From positions 98,527 to 162,526 of the forward strand of contig JAZDPX010000033.1 in assembly GCA_043797125.1 (NCBI GenBank): a DNA stretch of 64,000 nucleotides. Reading direction: 5' to 3'. Positions 20,065 to 31,262 of this stretch are shown one piece after another. Each line of letters begins with the position of its first letter. The stretch's first letter is position 1. Origin of the DNA: Candidatus Omnitrophota bacterium (GTDB lineage: Bacteria > Omnitrophota > Gorgyraeia > JABMRG01 > JAFGKX01). Position numbers and translations under genes: made by a program. The notes beneath the pieces are model-generated. The model worked only from the letters and a program-made list of their open reading frames with translations. It was not told the origin of the DNA and ran no database searches.

Positions 20065-21953
20065 GAAAAACTTTTGCTTTTTTTGTAATATTCAGACCAC
20101 CAGACCGCAAAAACAAGCAATGTCCATATCTTCCTGTTGTTATCCTTTTTCCTTGAAAAATGTTCGTCAAGGATACTTTTCACATAGGAAATGTTAAATA
20201 ACCCTATGTTTCTTAGGTTTCTGTCGGATAAAACATCCATAACATAATCTTTAAGCTCCGAATAAATCCAGTTAGCTGCCGGCGGTGAGAAACCTTTCTT
20301 TTTAATTGTCGATATCCTGGCCGGAAGATAACGCCTGGCAAGTTTTCTGAATAAAATCTTTGTTGTCATCTTTCCTACTTTAAGGCGGGCAGGCACAGTT
20401 GCCGCAAATTCAATTATATCCCTGTCGCATAGAGGAACCCTCACCTCAAGTGAATGCGCCATGCTCATTCTGTCGGATTTTGTCAGTATGTCATCGAAAA
20501 GAAGCGTAGAATAATCGATAAACATCAGTTTATGCTCGGGCTCGCCAACGCCTGAAGCGTAAAAAAGCTTTTTGCAAAGATTAACTGCGCTCTGTTTCAA
20601 AACAACATCCTTAAGCTCGCCTCTAAGTAAATTCAGCTGCTCTTTTACGTCAAAAGGCGCCCTCCAGTATAGATGACTCTCATAGTCGCTAAGTTCAGCG
20701 CCCTGCACAAAACGCTTGGCCATAAAATCCAGCGTAATGCGGCCGAAAGATGTAGGCAGTTTTTCAATACCTGTCTTTAAATATTTTCTTAAAAAAGACG
20801 GCATTTTCATATAAATATTTTTAAGCGAAGGAGCGAAATAAGTAGGGTAACCGCCAAACAACTCGTCGCCGCCGTCTCCTGTAAGCGCGACCGTTACTTT
20901 TTGACGGGCAAGTTTTGACACAAAATAAAAAGGTATGGATGAATAGTCGGCAAAAGGCTCGTCGTAATGAACGCTGAGTTGCTTTAAAATCCCGCAATTT
21001 GGCTCAACTATCAGCTCGGCATGGTCGGTACCTATATGTTTAGCTATAAGGCGCGCTTCCTTTGTTTCGTCAAATGAGCGTTCCTTAAACCCTATAGAAA
21101 AAGTTTTCACGGGCTCACTCATATGTTTTGTCATAAAATAGACAACAAGCGACGAATCCAGGCCCCCTGATAAAAAAGCGCCCAAAGGCACATCGCTCAT
21201 AAGGTGGCTTTTTACTGTCCGCGAAATAATGTCCTCAAGCTTGTCTAAGGCATCTTCCTCGGTCATATCCCGCTTAATATCGTAACTTACATTCCAGTAT
21301 TGCTTTGTTGTTGCGCCATCGGGCGTTATTTTAATATAGCTGCCGGGCCTAAGTTTTTTTATATCCGTAAAAATGGAGTTATCTCCGGCAATATACATAA
21401 ATGACAAATAATTTGTCAGCGCTTCCAAGTCTATATCTGACTTAGGATGGCAAGCATGTATTGCCTTGATTTCAGAACCAAAAATTATCCTGTCGCTGTT
21501 CAGGCAGTAATAAAGCGGTTTTATACCGACATGGTCACGCCCAAGCAAAAGTATTTTTTTGCCGGCATCATATAAAGCAATGGCAAACATACCTCTTAAT
21601 TTTTCCATAAAACCTTCGCCGTATTGCTCGTAAAGATGCACTATGACTTCAGTATCAGAATGTGTATAAAAATTATGGCCCTGGCTTTTAAGCGTTTGGC
21701 GAAGCTCTCTAAAATTATATATTTCTCCGTTGCATATTGTTACTACGCTTTTGTCCTCATTATATATAGGCTGATGCCCGCCTTTAATATCAATTATGGA
21801 TAACCTGCGCATTCCGAGGCCCACGTTGCCGCGGCAGAAAAAGCCTTCGTCGTCAGGCCCGCGATGCGTAAGCGTTCTGGTCATCTGCTCTAAAACGCGG
21901 GAATTGACCGCTTCGTTTTTATTGTATGAATAAATACCGCATACTCCGCACAT
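20061..21953 (-). CDS. Asparagine synthase (glutamine-hydrolysing)-family amidotransferase
   Basis: N-terminal 'MCGVCGI' with nucleophile Cys2; 'FLSGGLDSS' PP-loop. Confidence 0.9.
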   Translation of the reverse strand: MCGVCGIYSYNKNEAVNSRVLEQMTRTLTHRGPDDEGFFCRGNVGLGMRRLSIIDIKGGHQPIYNEDKSVVTICNGEIYNFRELRQTLKSQGHNFYTHSDTEVIVHLYEQYGEGFMEKLRGMFAIALYDAGKKILLLGRDHVGIKPLYYCLNSDRIIFGSEIKAIHACHPKSDIDLEALTNYLSFMYIAGDNSIFTDIKKLRPGSYIKITPDGATTKQYWNVSYDIKRDMTEEDALDKLEDIISRTVKSHLMSDVPLGAFLSGGLDSSLVVYFMTKHMSEPVKTFSIGFKERSFDETKEARLIAKHIGTDHAELIVEPNCGILKQLSVHYDEPFADYSSIPFYFVSKLARQKVTVALTGDGGDELFGGYPTYFAPSLKNIYMKMPSFLRKYLKTGIEKLPTSFGRITLDFMAKRFVQGAELSDYESHLYWRAPFDVKEQLNLLRGELKDVVLKQSAVNLCKKLFYASGVGEPEHKLMFIDYSTLLFDDILTKSDRMSMAHSLEVRVPLCDRDIIEFAATVPARLKVGKMTTKILFRKLARRYLPARISTIKKKGFSPPAANWIYSELKDYVMDVLSDRNLRNIGLFNISYVKSILDEHFSRKKDNNRKIWTLLVFAVWWSEYYKKSKSFS

Positions 21954-21959
21954 GCTAAA

Positions 21960-22820
21960 TTACCTCACCTGTATTATATCCTTGCGCAACGCCATTATCT
22001 GGTCGAACATAAAACCAAAAAATATCAAATTTAAACCTGTAACCAGTAATAATAGCCCTCCGGAAGAAAATCCGGATGTTAATAAAATTGTTTTAATCGA
22101 CCACAGGACTCCCGACAAAAATAATAACAGCCCTATGGGCAAAAAAACCTTTAAGGGTGAAAACATAACTATCCTAAAGATTAACACTATAAATTTCATA
22201 CCATCTCCGAGCGGGCGTATCTTGCTTATCCCGCCTGCCCGTTTAAAGCATTTTACAGGAATAAACAAAACATTTAAGCCCGACATTAAAAAACACATTG
22301 TTGAGGTGGTGGGAAACGAAAAGCCGTCCGGATAAAGATTCAGAAATTTAAGCGCGTAGCTGCGTTTTAATGCGCGAAAACCCGATGTCATATCCTTAAT
22401 GCGAAAATTTGTTATAAAGCTGCCTAGCCTGCTGAATATCCAATTTGCCATATTTCTGTTCATTTTTGTTTCAGATTCTTTTGTGCGAGCCCCAACAACA
22501 AGATCATATTGCCCAAGCCCTGTTAGGAGATTAGGGATATCCTCCGGTTGATACTGGCCGTCTGCATCAAAAACTACAATGAATTCCGTAGCAGCATTAA
22601 GCAGGCCTGTTTTTACAGCTGCGCCGTTTCCTTTGTTGTAGGGATGCGAAATAACCCTGACCGAGGCAAAGGCCTTGGCCTTTTTTTCAGTTTGGTCCGT
22701 AGAGCCGTCGTTTATTACAATTATCTCTTTCGGAAATCCGAGCCGTTGTATCCCGTCAATTAGCTTAGGTAGATTTGCCTCTTCATTATAAGCAGGTATA
22801 ATAATAGTAACTTTTTCCAT
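21960..22820 (-). CDS. GT2 glycosyltransferase
   Basis: 'VTIIIPAYNEEANL...VINDGSTDQT...FDADGQY'. Confidence 0.85.
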   Translation of the reverse strand: MEKVTIIIPAYNEEANLPKLIDGIQRLGFPKEIIVINDGSTDQTEKKAKAFASVRVISHPYNKGNGAAVKTGLLNAATEFIVVFDADGQYQPEDIPNLLTGLGQYDLVVGARTKESETKMNRNMANWIFSRLGSFITNFRIKDMTSGFRALKRSYALKFLNLYPDGFSFPTTSTMCFLMSGLNVLFIPVKCFKRAGGISKIRPLGDGMKFIVLIFRIVMFSPLKVFLPIGLLLFLSGVLWSIKTILLTSGFSSGGLLLLVTGLNLIFFGFMFDQIMALRKDIIQVR

Positions 22821-23693
22821 CTATTTTCTCCCCCTTATCGTAATTCCGTAAAAATCCACGTGCTCATGGACAGTTCTTAAGCCAGCCTTTTTAAACCAGC
22901 TTCTCACCTCTTCAACGGTATGCCGCGACGCGTCCTGCGGATGATACCAGTCGTAATTTATAGCAACGTTTTCCTTGAATGAAAGCTTTGGGTTCCAGAA
23001 ACACTTCATAAAAAAATGATACACAAACCGCTGTAGCGTATACTCTCCTTTTATAATCTGTAATACATCAACATTCGGTATCTTTATTTTAACATTACTT
23101 TCCGAAAGCTGTTTTCCGAGCCTGGTGATCTGCTCACATTCTTTCATAGCCTTTTTATAGCCGAGACACGAAACCTTGCTTCTTATGTAATCGTCCGCAT
23201 ATTCACGCGTTGGGGATTTCTTCCTGTACACGTATATCGCTATTTCGCCCCCCCTTTCAAGGCAGGAACATAAATTCTTAAAAGCCTTCAGAGGATTACC
23301 TGTATGGTGCAGAACTTCCTGGCAATATATAAAATCAAGCTTCCCGAGGCTGGAAAGATCTTTTAGCAGATCCTTGCTGAAAATGCTCACATTTTTACAG
23401 CTTAGAAGATTCTCTCTTGCCACCCGCGCAGATACCTTATCTATTCCAATGATCTGTGTATCGCGAGGGTCGGTATATTTGCGCATTAACGCCGTAACCC
23501 TGCCGTTTCCGCAGCCTGCGTCAAGAATTCTTTTCTTTTCGGACAAATATCGTTTAAAAGCGCCTGCGCTTTTAAACCCGTTACGGCGCAATATCCATAA
23601 AAAGATATCCGAATTTTCTCTTAGCGTCTCAGCAAACGCCAACTTTTTGTTGCGGAACCATTTGTTCCTGAAACTTTTGGTTGTATTGGTCAT
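22821..23693 (-). CDS. Class I SAM-dependent methyltransferase (start moved to internal Met)
   Basis: 'ILDAGCGNGRVT' motif I; 'ERGGEIAIYVY'. Confidence 0.8.
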   Translation of the reverse strand: MTNTTKSFRNKWFRNKKLAFAETLRENSDIFLWILRRNGFKSAGAFKRYLSEKKRILDAGCGNGRVTALMRKYTDPRDTQIIGIDKVSARVARENLLSCKNVSIFSKDLLKDLSSLGKLDFIYCQEVLHHTGNPLKAFKNLCSCLERGGEIAIYVYRKKSPTREYADDYIRSKVSCLGYKKAMKECEQITRLGKQLSESNVKIKIPNVDVLQIIKGEYTLQRFVYHFFMKCFWNPKLSFKENVAINYDWYHPQDASRHTVEEVRSWFKKAGLRTVHEHVDFYGITIRGRK

Positions 23694-26600
23694 GCGTACC
23701 TTTTTTAGCGAGTATACCCTTATAAACAGCGAGCATTCGCTCAAGGGTCTGTTTAGAGCTATGATATTTTTCAATCCAGAACCGGGCCTTTTCCCTGTGG
23801 TCTGAAACAAAACCGGGCCTTAGCGCTACAAATAACTGCTCTATAATTTCATCTTCTGTTTGGGCAGAGAGCACCGGAGGCGGTTCGGGGAATGTTATGT
23901 CCATGTCGCCGGGTTTATAATTTACTATAACCGCAGCGCCGCAGGCAAGCGCGCGCGGCGTGACTCCGCTAAACGACGGATAAACAAGCTGGTCAAGCAC
24001 GACATCAGCCGCAGACAGCCATTGTGCGAGCTTTACTCTGCCAAATGGGCCTACCCACTCAACAAGATCATTGCATCCGAGTTCATTTATAAGGTGTTTG
24101 CTTTTTTGTATTTCCTTTCCCCATGGTATGAAAAAAACACGAAATTTTCCTTTTATAAGCTCTCTAAGCCTTGGCAAAATCTTTATATACCTGTTAACCC
24201 CTTTTTCCTGCCAATCATGTCTTATCGGGCAAAAAAATATGTAGTCCAGATTTCTGGTGCGGTTTATAAGATTTCGCGCTTCTTTTTGATAAGAAAAATT
24301 TTCTTCATCAAGGGGATGCGGAAGCAGTTCAAAATTCTCGATACCTAAGCGATACGCGCTCTGGATGCAGTCTGTGTTTGTAACAAATACATAATCCGCC
24401 ATTCTATAGCTTAAAGCCGTAAGCCGGCTAAGGGGTGAATCATAAAACGGCCCCTTATACGCCCAGTCTATCTCCGGAGAATCACGCAAGGTACCGTGTT
24501 CAAAAGCTACATAGGGATGAAAAACATTCAAAATTGGAAATATGGGATCTGTCGCATACCCTTGGATAATATCATAATGCTGAAATAAACCTTGCAATAA
24601 ACTGACTCTATGCTCATATGGCAGCAAGTCATCCATAGTAAGCCTATCGGGCCTATCGGGAAAACATTTGCTAAATTTATCTATCAACCAACTACAATGC
24701 GCCAGGTATTTTTCATGAAAAGGTTTACCATTGAATGTATAAACGTCATGTCGCGCCTTTAAACCCGCTGATAGTTTTATTAACGTTTTATCATGCAAAA
24801 TGCGTATTATCCGGTTTATAACGCTTGGCACTTGCAGAATTTTCTTTACAGCCTTGCCTTTTTGCAGTAATTGAGTGTATGAGGTCTTGCATACTATCTT
24901 ACGGGCATTTTCAAGAGACAGCCATAATCCCTCTGATTCTTTTGACATATTTAAATTTTTTGCCGCTAAATATCTCACACATAAATCAAACGGCCCCTGG
25001 GCAAACCAGCGTGGCCTTTCGTAACCGCGCAGATTAAGCCGCCACCAGTCAGGGTGTTGTTGGTCATTTATTGTGCCCTCAAAGTCAGCTTCTTCCCACT
25101 CAGGAGAAGACATAACCCAGTAATTATCATAACAAAGGACATCTGCTTCTACGCCTTCGCGACGAAGGAACTTAGCATTGTAATACGCATTATTTGCGAT
25201 GTTGCCTATATGAAGCACTCTAAACGGGCGTTTAATGTTGTTTGTTTCGTTTTGAGTAACGGCTACCTTCATTCCGTATATATCTAAAAGCTGCTTGCTG
25301 AGTTTATCGTTATCATGTAACTTTAAAATGCTCTGACGCGCTTTAAGTTTCTTTTTTTCGTATTCATCCGGATTTGTGATATAAAATTCAAGAGTTTTTT
25401 CAAGGTCTTTAAGGCTTGTGAAAATAAAACCTGAGTCTCTAAGCTCTTGTGTCATGAATTCAGGGCGGGCATATGTAATTGACGGCACATCAAGAAACAT
25501 GCTTTCAATCTGGGCATTGGCATAGTAACCCATTTTAAGTTTACCTACGCTAAAATCAGCGTCACGGTATTCGGCAAGAGCCTGCTCGGGAGTTACCCCT
25601 TTTAAAAATACAAAATCAATGTCATGCCCCTTATCGCGAAGGTTGTCAATAGCCTTTCTAATCATGCTTGTCCCTTCAATGCCCGGATGATTGGTAACAT
25701 GGACTATTTTTACCTTTTCGCCTGCCTTAAACGCTGCTTTGCGGTTTCTGAATTTTTCATAATCAATACAAGGAGTGAAAAACGGGAAATGTATCGCATC
25801 CGGAATAAATTCTTTCATATCGGGCGTGGTTACAAGCGATATATCTACATATTTTTTTATTCTTTGTATTCTTTTTTTACCTTTGCGGCATACCCAGCCC
25901 TCATAATCGCAATGCTGGCAAATATTAACATCGGGGTGTAATTTTTTATTTTTTTCAGGATCGCGCGCTTCGCAGCCGCGATAGTGCAAAACTATTTTTC
26001 TGCCCATTAGCTTTAAAAAGGGAAGCTCCCACCCTGTCTGGGAAAGAATGATGCCGAAATGCGAATGTATAACCTCATATCTTGCTACAACTTTCCAAAA
26101 AAACAAAAACTCCTGCCATGGCCCGACAGGGTAAAAGTTGTAATCGTATTTATCCCACCATGGGCTTTTGCCACCCACAGCTAGATAGTCGGCTTTTATC
26201 CCGTGCCGGCGCAATATACGCGTAGTATAATAAGGTATGTGCACCATATATGAAATATGCAAAACAGAATCTTTATACTTTTTATTTCTTAAGGCAACAG
26301 CCAAAAGGCTATTTACAGGATACATAAGCATAAAAAAGTTGTGTGATGCGAATCTGTAAAGCGGCTTTAGCATAAAACGTTTGCAAAGTGTAAGCATAGA
26401 AGACTTTAATCTATAACTAAATTTAATAATAGCATTACGAATACGCCACCATATAGCTATTATCAGTATTTTAAAAAAATTAGCGGCAGTATAAAACGGC
26501 CTGTGGTATAAATTTCCGGATTTTTTAATTATGGTTTTTATGCCAAGAGCAACTACTCCCATCAGCTTTTGCAATTTATACAGGGGTATAATCCTATAGG

Positions 26601-26745
26601 CGAGGTTTACAAGTCTCCATCTTAATCCGATACAAATTATAGACAAAAGACAACCCGCACGCCTGGTAAAGGGCATGCCCTTTGTTTTGGCTGTGAAAGC
26701 TGTAAGCCTTTCTGCCAGCGTTGCCTTTTTATCCTTGGTGGACAT
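23629..26745 (-). CDS. Large multidomain glycosyltransferase (N-terminal TM region plus two GT-B-like modules); start uncertain
   Basis: GT4-like 'KVKIVHVTNHPGIEGTSMIRKAIDNLRDKGHDIDFVFLKGV' and a second Rossmann half near the C-terminus. Confidence 0.5.
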   Translation of the reverse strand: MSTKDKKATLAERLTAFTAKTKGMPFTRRAGCLLSIICIGLRWRLVNLAYRIIPLYKLQKLMGVVALGIKTIIKKSGNLYHRPFYTAANFFKILIIAIWWRIRNAIIKFSYRLKSSMLTLCKRFMLKPLYRFASHNFFMLMYPVNSLLAVALRNKKYKDSVLHISYMVHIPYYTTRILRRHGIKADYLAVGGKSPWWDKYDYNFYPVGPWQEFLFFWKVVARYEVIHSHFGIILSQTGWELPFLKLMGRKIVLHYRGCEARDPEKNKKLHPDVNICQHCDYEGWVCRKGKKRIQRIKKYVDISLVTTPDMKEFIPDAIHFPFFTPCIDYEKFRNRKAAFKAGEKVKIVHVTNHPGIEGTSMIRKAIDNLRDKGHDIDFVFLKGVTPEQALAEYRDADFSVGKLKMGYYANAQIESMFLDVPSITYARPEFMTQELRDSGFIFTSLKDLEKTLEFYITNPDEYEKKKLKARQSILKLHDNDKLSKQLLDIYGMKVAVTQNETNNIKRPFRVLHIGNIANNAYYNAKFLRREGVEADVLCYDNYWVMSSPEWEEADFEGTINDQQHPDWWRLNLRGYERPRWFAQGPFDLCVRYLAAKNLNMSKESEGLWLSLENARKIVCKTSYTQLLQKGKAVKKILQVPSVINRIIRILHDKTLIKLSAGLKARHDVYTFNGKPFHEKYLAHCSWLIDKFSKCFPDRPDRLTMDDLLPYEHRVSLLQGLFQHYDIIQGYATDPIFPILNVFHPYVAFEHGTLRDSPEIDWAYKGPFYDSPLSRLTALSYRMADYVFVTNTDCIQSAYRLGIENFELLPHPLDEENFSYQKEARNLINRTRNLDYIFFCPIRHDWQEKGVNRYIKILPRLRELIKGKFRVFFIPWGKEIQKSKHLINELGCNDLVEWVGPFGRVKLAQWLSAADVVLDQLVYPSFSGVTPRALACGAAVIVNYKPGDMDITFPEPPPVLSAQTEDEIIEQLFVALRPGFVSDHREKARFWIEKYHSSKQTLERMLAVYKGILAKKGTHDQYNQKFQEQMVPQQKVGVC

Positions 26746-28495
26746 ATTTTCTCCAAAGGCTAAACACAAATACATACCAGATGCGCGCAGCGTGCCCCGA
26801 GGCGCCGCGCGTAAAATCATCGAGCATAGCTTTTACATAATCAAAATTAAGCCATTCATAAATAGGGTTTCTTGCGTCCATTAGGTGCGATTCTATTATC
26901 GGTTGCAAGGGCCCGCGTAACCATTCAACAATGGGTATGCCAAAGCCCTGTTTCGGCCTTTCTATAAATGATGACGGGTAAAAACGCTCCGCGCTTTTTT
27001 TTAAAAGATATTTTGTCTTTATTCTTCCTAAGAAATTATTCCTTATGCGCAATGACAAAGGCAGTGTAAATGCCTGTTCGACGATTTTATGATCCAAAAG
27101 CGGCACCCGAACCTCAAGAGAATGCGCCATGCTCATTCTGTCAACTTTTGTAAGAACATCGCCCGGTAGATAGGTCTTAAAATCCTGCGCCTGAAAAAAT
27201 AACACCGGGTCGATATCAGTCTTTGTCTTAAGTGAAAAACTTATCCCCTCCGCAACAGGGAGATCGTTTGCAAAAAGCTCTTTAAGCATTGTTGTGTCGA
27301 AACCCTGCCGCTGCGCATTGTACAGCTGTCTGTGGCGCTCTTGCGGTTCGTCTATATTTTTATACGTATCCTGATAACTGTTATAGCCGCAGAAAAGCTC
27401 ATCTCCGCCATCACCTGAAAGGACCATCTTAACCGACTCGGCCGCTTCCTTTGAAACATAATACGTGGGTATGGCTGATGAATCCCCGAAAGGCTCTCCA
27501 AAATGCTGGGCTATTTTAGCGAACATCTCTTCTGCCAGTGTGGGGGTCACTATCTTTTCGTAATGGTCTGAGCCTATAAATACGCTCGCCTTTCGCGCGT
27601 AAGGGGTTTCCGAATGTTTCTGTTCACTAAACCCTATCGTAAATGTCCTTACGGGCTCCTTCATCTGTTTTGCCATAAGCGCGCTTACAAGGCTTGAATC
27701 AACACCACCGCTTAAAAAAGCCCCAAAGACAACGTCGCTTCTGACATACATCCGCATAGTTTCATCAAGAATGCCGTTTAAGTCATCAAGCCATTTTTCT
27801 TCTGTCTTCTCAGCAATGCCAGCTTCAATATCCCAATATTTAATATTTTCCCTCCTGCCGGTGATAGTATCTATCTCCAGATAATGACCGGGTTCAAGTT
27901 TATATATGTCTTCATAGATGGTAAGTGGTGCTGGTATATATTGATAGCGGAAATACTGGCACAAGCCACTGTGCGAAATCTTACGTTTAATATATGGCAA
28001 ACTAATAATAGGCAAAAGCTCAGAACAAAACACTGCGCATACAGGACTATAATAATAATACAACGGCTTGATTCCTACCCTGTCTCTGACAAGGTAGAGC
28101 TTACTCTTTGTGCTATTGTAAAGAGCAAAAGCAAACATCCCCCTAAAACGTCTGAGGCAATCAATGCCCCATTTTTCATATGAACGTAAAACAACTTCAG
28201 TATCCGATTCTGTTTTAAAATCAAATTCTGCCTTCAATTCTTCTCGCAGCTCAATATAATTATAGACCTCGCCATTATATGAAATAATTACGGTTTCACT
28301 ATCATTACATAAAGGTTGAGCGCCAAATTCAGGATCAATAATAGCAAGCCGGCTATGTGCAAGCCCAACACACTTATCTTGCCATATACCATTACCGTCC
28401 GGCCCGCGATGCACCAGCATACAATTCATTTTATCTAATTCATTGCGCTTAACTACCTTACCGTCAAAATTTACTATTCCAGCGATTCCGCACAT
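26729..28495 (-). CDS. Asparagine synthase-family amidotransferase (second copy)
   Basis: 'MCGIAGIVNFDG'; 'FLSGGVDSS'. Confidence 0.9.
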   Translation of the reverse strand: MCGIAGIVNFDGKVVKRNELDKMNCMLVHRGPDGNGIWQDKCVGLAHSRLAIIDPEFGAQPLCNDSETVIISYNGEVYNYIELREELKAEFDFKTESDTEVVLRSYEKWGIDCLRRFRGMFAFALYNSTKSKLYLVRDRVGIKPLYYYYSPVCAVFCSELLPIISLPYIKRKISHSGLCQYFRYQYIPAPLTIYEDIYKLEPGHYLEIDTITGRRENIKYWDIEAGIAEKTEEKWLDDLNGILDETMRMYVRSDVVFGAFLSGGVDSSLVSALMAKQMKEPVRTFTIGFSEQKHSETPYARKASVFIGSDHYEKIVTPTLAEEMFAKIAQHFGEPFGDSSAIPTYYVSKEAAESVKMVLSGDGGDELFCGYNSYQDTYKNIDEPQERHRQLYNAQRQGFDTTMLKELFANDLPVAEGISFSLKTKTDIDPVLFFQAQDFKTYLPGDVLTKVDRMSMAHSLEVRVPLLDHKIVEQAFTLPLSLRIRNNFLGRIKTKYLLKKSAERFYPSSFIERPKQGFGIPIVEWLRGPLQPIIESHLMDARNPIYEWLNFDYVKAMLDDFTRGASGHAARIWYVFVFSLWRKYVHQG

Positions 28496-29192
28496 TGTTT
28501 TTTATAAATTCCCAATAACTACGTGGTTTTAGGCAATAAAAATAATGATCTATTTCAAAATTAGTAATAACGACTTTTTCGATAGTAAAGTACTTTTTAA
28601 AGCTTTCCTCAAACCATGGTTTATCAAAATGAAAAAGGTGGTATTCATCAGCAGGTTTTATTTTCTCCCCGTGGGGATTATAATATTCAGCGCCTTTTAC
28701 AAATGCCAACCATGCAAGAAAAAAACCGTTTTTTTTGACAACCCTATATATTTCACTGTAAGCTTTATCAAGCAAAAAGACATGATCAAGCGAGGTTGCG
28801 GCTATAACAACATCAAAAAAATCTCTCCTCAACGGTAAGAATTCTGCAACACCTTTTTTAAAACAAAAAGGATGGTCCCGCGGCTCAGATATGGGATCAA
28901 TGCCCCATATTTTGTTTAAAGAATATCCTTCTAAATAAAGCGGCAACGGTTGCGGCCCACATCCGACATCCAAAATACGCCCTTTAAGAAATGGGGTTAT
29001 AAAATCCTTAAAGTGCGTTGCTATTTTGTGGCCTTCCACGCTGCAACTGTGCGCAGGAAACCCCGTATACTCCTTACTATTGACTGTCAGCAGCTCACGC
29101 CAAAGCCTGAAGGCGCAAGGGGCTGTCTTTTCTAAACGATGAAAGCTGCGATATAGATTTTTGTAATTCTGATTGCAATTAATGCTTCGCAT
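28464..29192 (-). CDS. SAM-dependent methyltransferase
   Basis: 'ILDVGCGPQPLPL' motif I; 'KKNGFFLAW'. Confidence 0.65.
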   Translation of the reverse strand: MRSINCNQNYKNLYRSFHRLEKTAPCAFRLWRELLTVNSKEYTGFPAHSCSVEGHKIATHFKDFITPFLKGRILDVGCGPQPLPLYLEGYSLNKIWGIDPISEPRDHPFCFKKGVAEFLPLRRDFFDVVIAATSLDHVFLLDKAYSEIYRVVKKNGFFLAWLAFVKGAEYYNPHGEKIKPADEYHLFHFDKPWFEESFKKYFTIEKVVITNFEIDHYFYCLKPRSYWEFIKNNVRNRWNSKF

Positions 29193-30429
29193 GCTGACTA
29201 TTTTCTTTTACTTTTGCTATACCTTTCATATCAAAATCGCCCTGGAATAGGCCTGTCGATTCGACATTAAAAACATAGGCATCGCCAGCATGATGTAAAA
29301 CTGTAAAGTTGCCATCGTCAGGCATATGCGCTATGCCACAGCACAGAAAATATTGGCCGCTTGCGAGGTTGCACACCAACTCAAATTCCACTTCCTGTTC
29401 CTGGCCTGCTTTTATAGAAACAAAGACATTTTGCACATAACTTGCCAGGCCGTATAAAACGCCGCCGCCGGGCTTCTGTATCCTGAATCCAACGCTTAAT
29501 CTTTCATAATCAGTATCGGCAAATACGGTGGCGCGAATATAATATTTTTTATCGTAAGTAAGCGTATTGACTTTGTTATACGCCTCATCAAAAATTAAGA
29601 TGTTTTTTACATATACGGGGGATGGCATTGCGCTTGCTACGCCTGACAGATCGCCAATAGTTGTTATTACATTTTCCTGTTTTTGTACTAACGCCCTCTC
29701 CTCATTTAAAATCTGCTCATAGCGATATCCGACATGGCGCGGTTCGTCGCGGCATATGAGCCGGCCCTGATGCAACAGAATGGCTGTATTGCATAATTCA
29801 TAAATAGAATTAAGACTATGGGTAACAAAAAAGACTGTAGCGCCATTTTGGGTTATCTTGCGGATACGGTTGAAGCATTTTTCAGCAAATAGGGTATCGC
29901 CCACTGAAAGTGCTTCATCAATAATAAAAATATCGGGCTCAACGCTTACTGCTACTGAAAATGTTAAACGTGCCTGCATTCCGCTTGAGTAAGTCTTAAA
30001 TGGCTGGTCAATTACAGAACCCAGCTCGCTAAATTCGATTATACCGCCTATTTTGCGGTTTATCTCTTCCCTGCTCATACCCATGCATAAGCCGCCCATA
30101 TGTATATTTTCGCGGCCTGTATATTCGCCGCTAAAACCTGTGCCGAGTTCAAGTATTGCCGAAATCTTACCGTTGACCTTTACGCTTCCGCATGTTCTAT
30201 CAAGCGTTCCTGTCAGTATTTTTAAAAGGGTGCTTTTTCCAGCGCCGTTTCTTCCCACAACACCAACTACCTCGCCGCGCTTGACCTCAAAGGATACGTC
30301 TTTTAGCGCCCAGAATTCGCGGTGCTTGGGTTTAGCGGTCAGAACTTCCCAAAACATATCAGCCGGCTTAGCGTAAATCTTAAACGCCTTGGAAAGATTC
30401 TTAACATCTATTGCGATATTATTGTTCAT
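29179..30429 (-). CDS. wzt: ABC transporter ATP-binding protein, Wzt-like (polysaccharide export) with C-terminal extra domain
   Basis: Walker A 'GVVGRNGAGKSTLL', signature 'YSSGMQARL', Walker B 'IFIIDEAL'; about 170-aa C-terminal extension; ATGA overlap with the permease gene. Confidence 0.85.
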   Translation of the reverse strand: MNNNIAIDVKNLSKAFKIYAKPADMFWEVLTAKPKHREFWALKDVSFEVKRGEVVGVVGRNGAGKSTLLKILTGTLDRTCGSVKVNGKISAILELGTGFSGEYTGRENIHMGGLCMGMSREEINRKIGGIIEFSELGSVIDQPFKTYSSGMQARLTFSVAVSVEPDIFIIDEALSVGDTLFAEKCFNRIRKITQNGATVFFVTHSLNSIYELCNTAILLHQGRLICRDEPRHVGYRYEQILNEERALVQKQENVITTIGDLSGVASAMPSPVYVKNILIFDEAYNKVNTLTYDKKYYIRATVFADTDYERLSVGFRIQKPGGGVLYGLASYVQNVFVSIKAGQEQEVEFELVCNLASGQYFLCCGIAHMPDDGNFTVLHHAGDAYVFNVESTGLFQGDFDMKGIAKVKENSQHAKH

Positions 30430-31262
30430 AGTAAATCGCCGAACATTATTTTGAAGCGCGCAAATAACGCGTAACCCGCGCAGAAAACAAAAAGCGAGCC
30501 CGCGGGGAATATAAACCATGCCCAGGGGTGCTGGAACCCGCAAAAATAAAATATATCCTGATAGCACCAACTCATATAGCTAAAAGGATTAAGATACAAT
30601 ACGCCTTTAAATATTTTAGGCACCATATCAGGAAGATAAAAAACCGGCATAATATATAAGCCCGCAACGCAGAAAACCTGGACAAAGTCTTTGGTGTCGC
30701 GCAAATAAACGCCTAAAACCGAAAGAATATATGAAACCCCTGCCATGGCCATCAGCTGAAAAATAAAAACAACGGGTATTAAAATATGCATCCACGTCAG
30801 GCTGCCGGCCTTTGTAAAAACATACATCAGGAGTAAAAATGTAGCTACAAACTGCGTTATAGACGAGGCTATTACCCCTTTTACAGGAAGAACCTCTATG
30901 GGAAAAACTGTCTGCTTGACCAGGTTCGCGTTATTAATAATAACAGTACTGCTTTTTGCCATGGATTCCTGAAAACTCATCCACGGTATCAGGCCGCTTA
31001 AAAGATATGTTGTGTAATCAACCGGGAATGCGCCGCGCGAGGCTATCTTCACCTTAAAAACATAAACAAATATAAAAACATATATTGCCATCAATATCAA
31101 CGGATGGCCTATGACCCATAACCTTCCGAATACCTGGCCTGCATATCTGTCCGATATTTCGCGGCGGGTCATCTCCCAGGTAAGCTGCCTGTATTTTGTA
31201 AGCAGGCTCACTATTTCCCTGAAGGCCTGAAAATGTTTCTTGAGATCAAACAACCTTTTCAT
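30426..31262 (-). CDS. wzm: ABC-2 type transporter permease, Wzm-like
   Basis: 6 TM helices, ABC-2 family architecture, translationally coupled to wzt. Confidence 0.8.
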   Translation of the reverse strand: MKRLFDLKKHFQAFREIVSLLTKYRQLTWEMTRREISDRYAGQVFGRLWVIGHPLILMAIYVFIFVYVFKVKIASRGAFPVDYTTYLLSGLIPWMSFQESMAKSSTVIINNANLVKQTVFPIEVLPVKGVIASSITQFVATFLLLMYVFTKAGSLTWMHILIPVVFIFQLMAMAGVSYILSVLGVYLRDTKDFVQVFCVAGLYIMPVFYLPDMVPKIFKGVLYLNPFSYMSWCYQDIFYFCGFQHPWAWFIFPAGSLFVFCAGYALFARFKIMFGDLL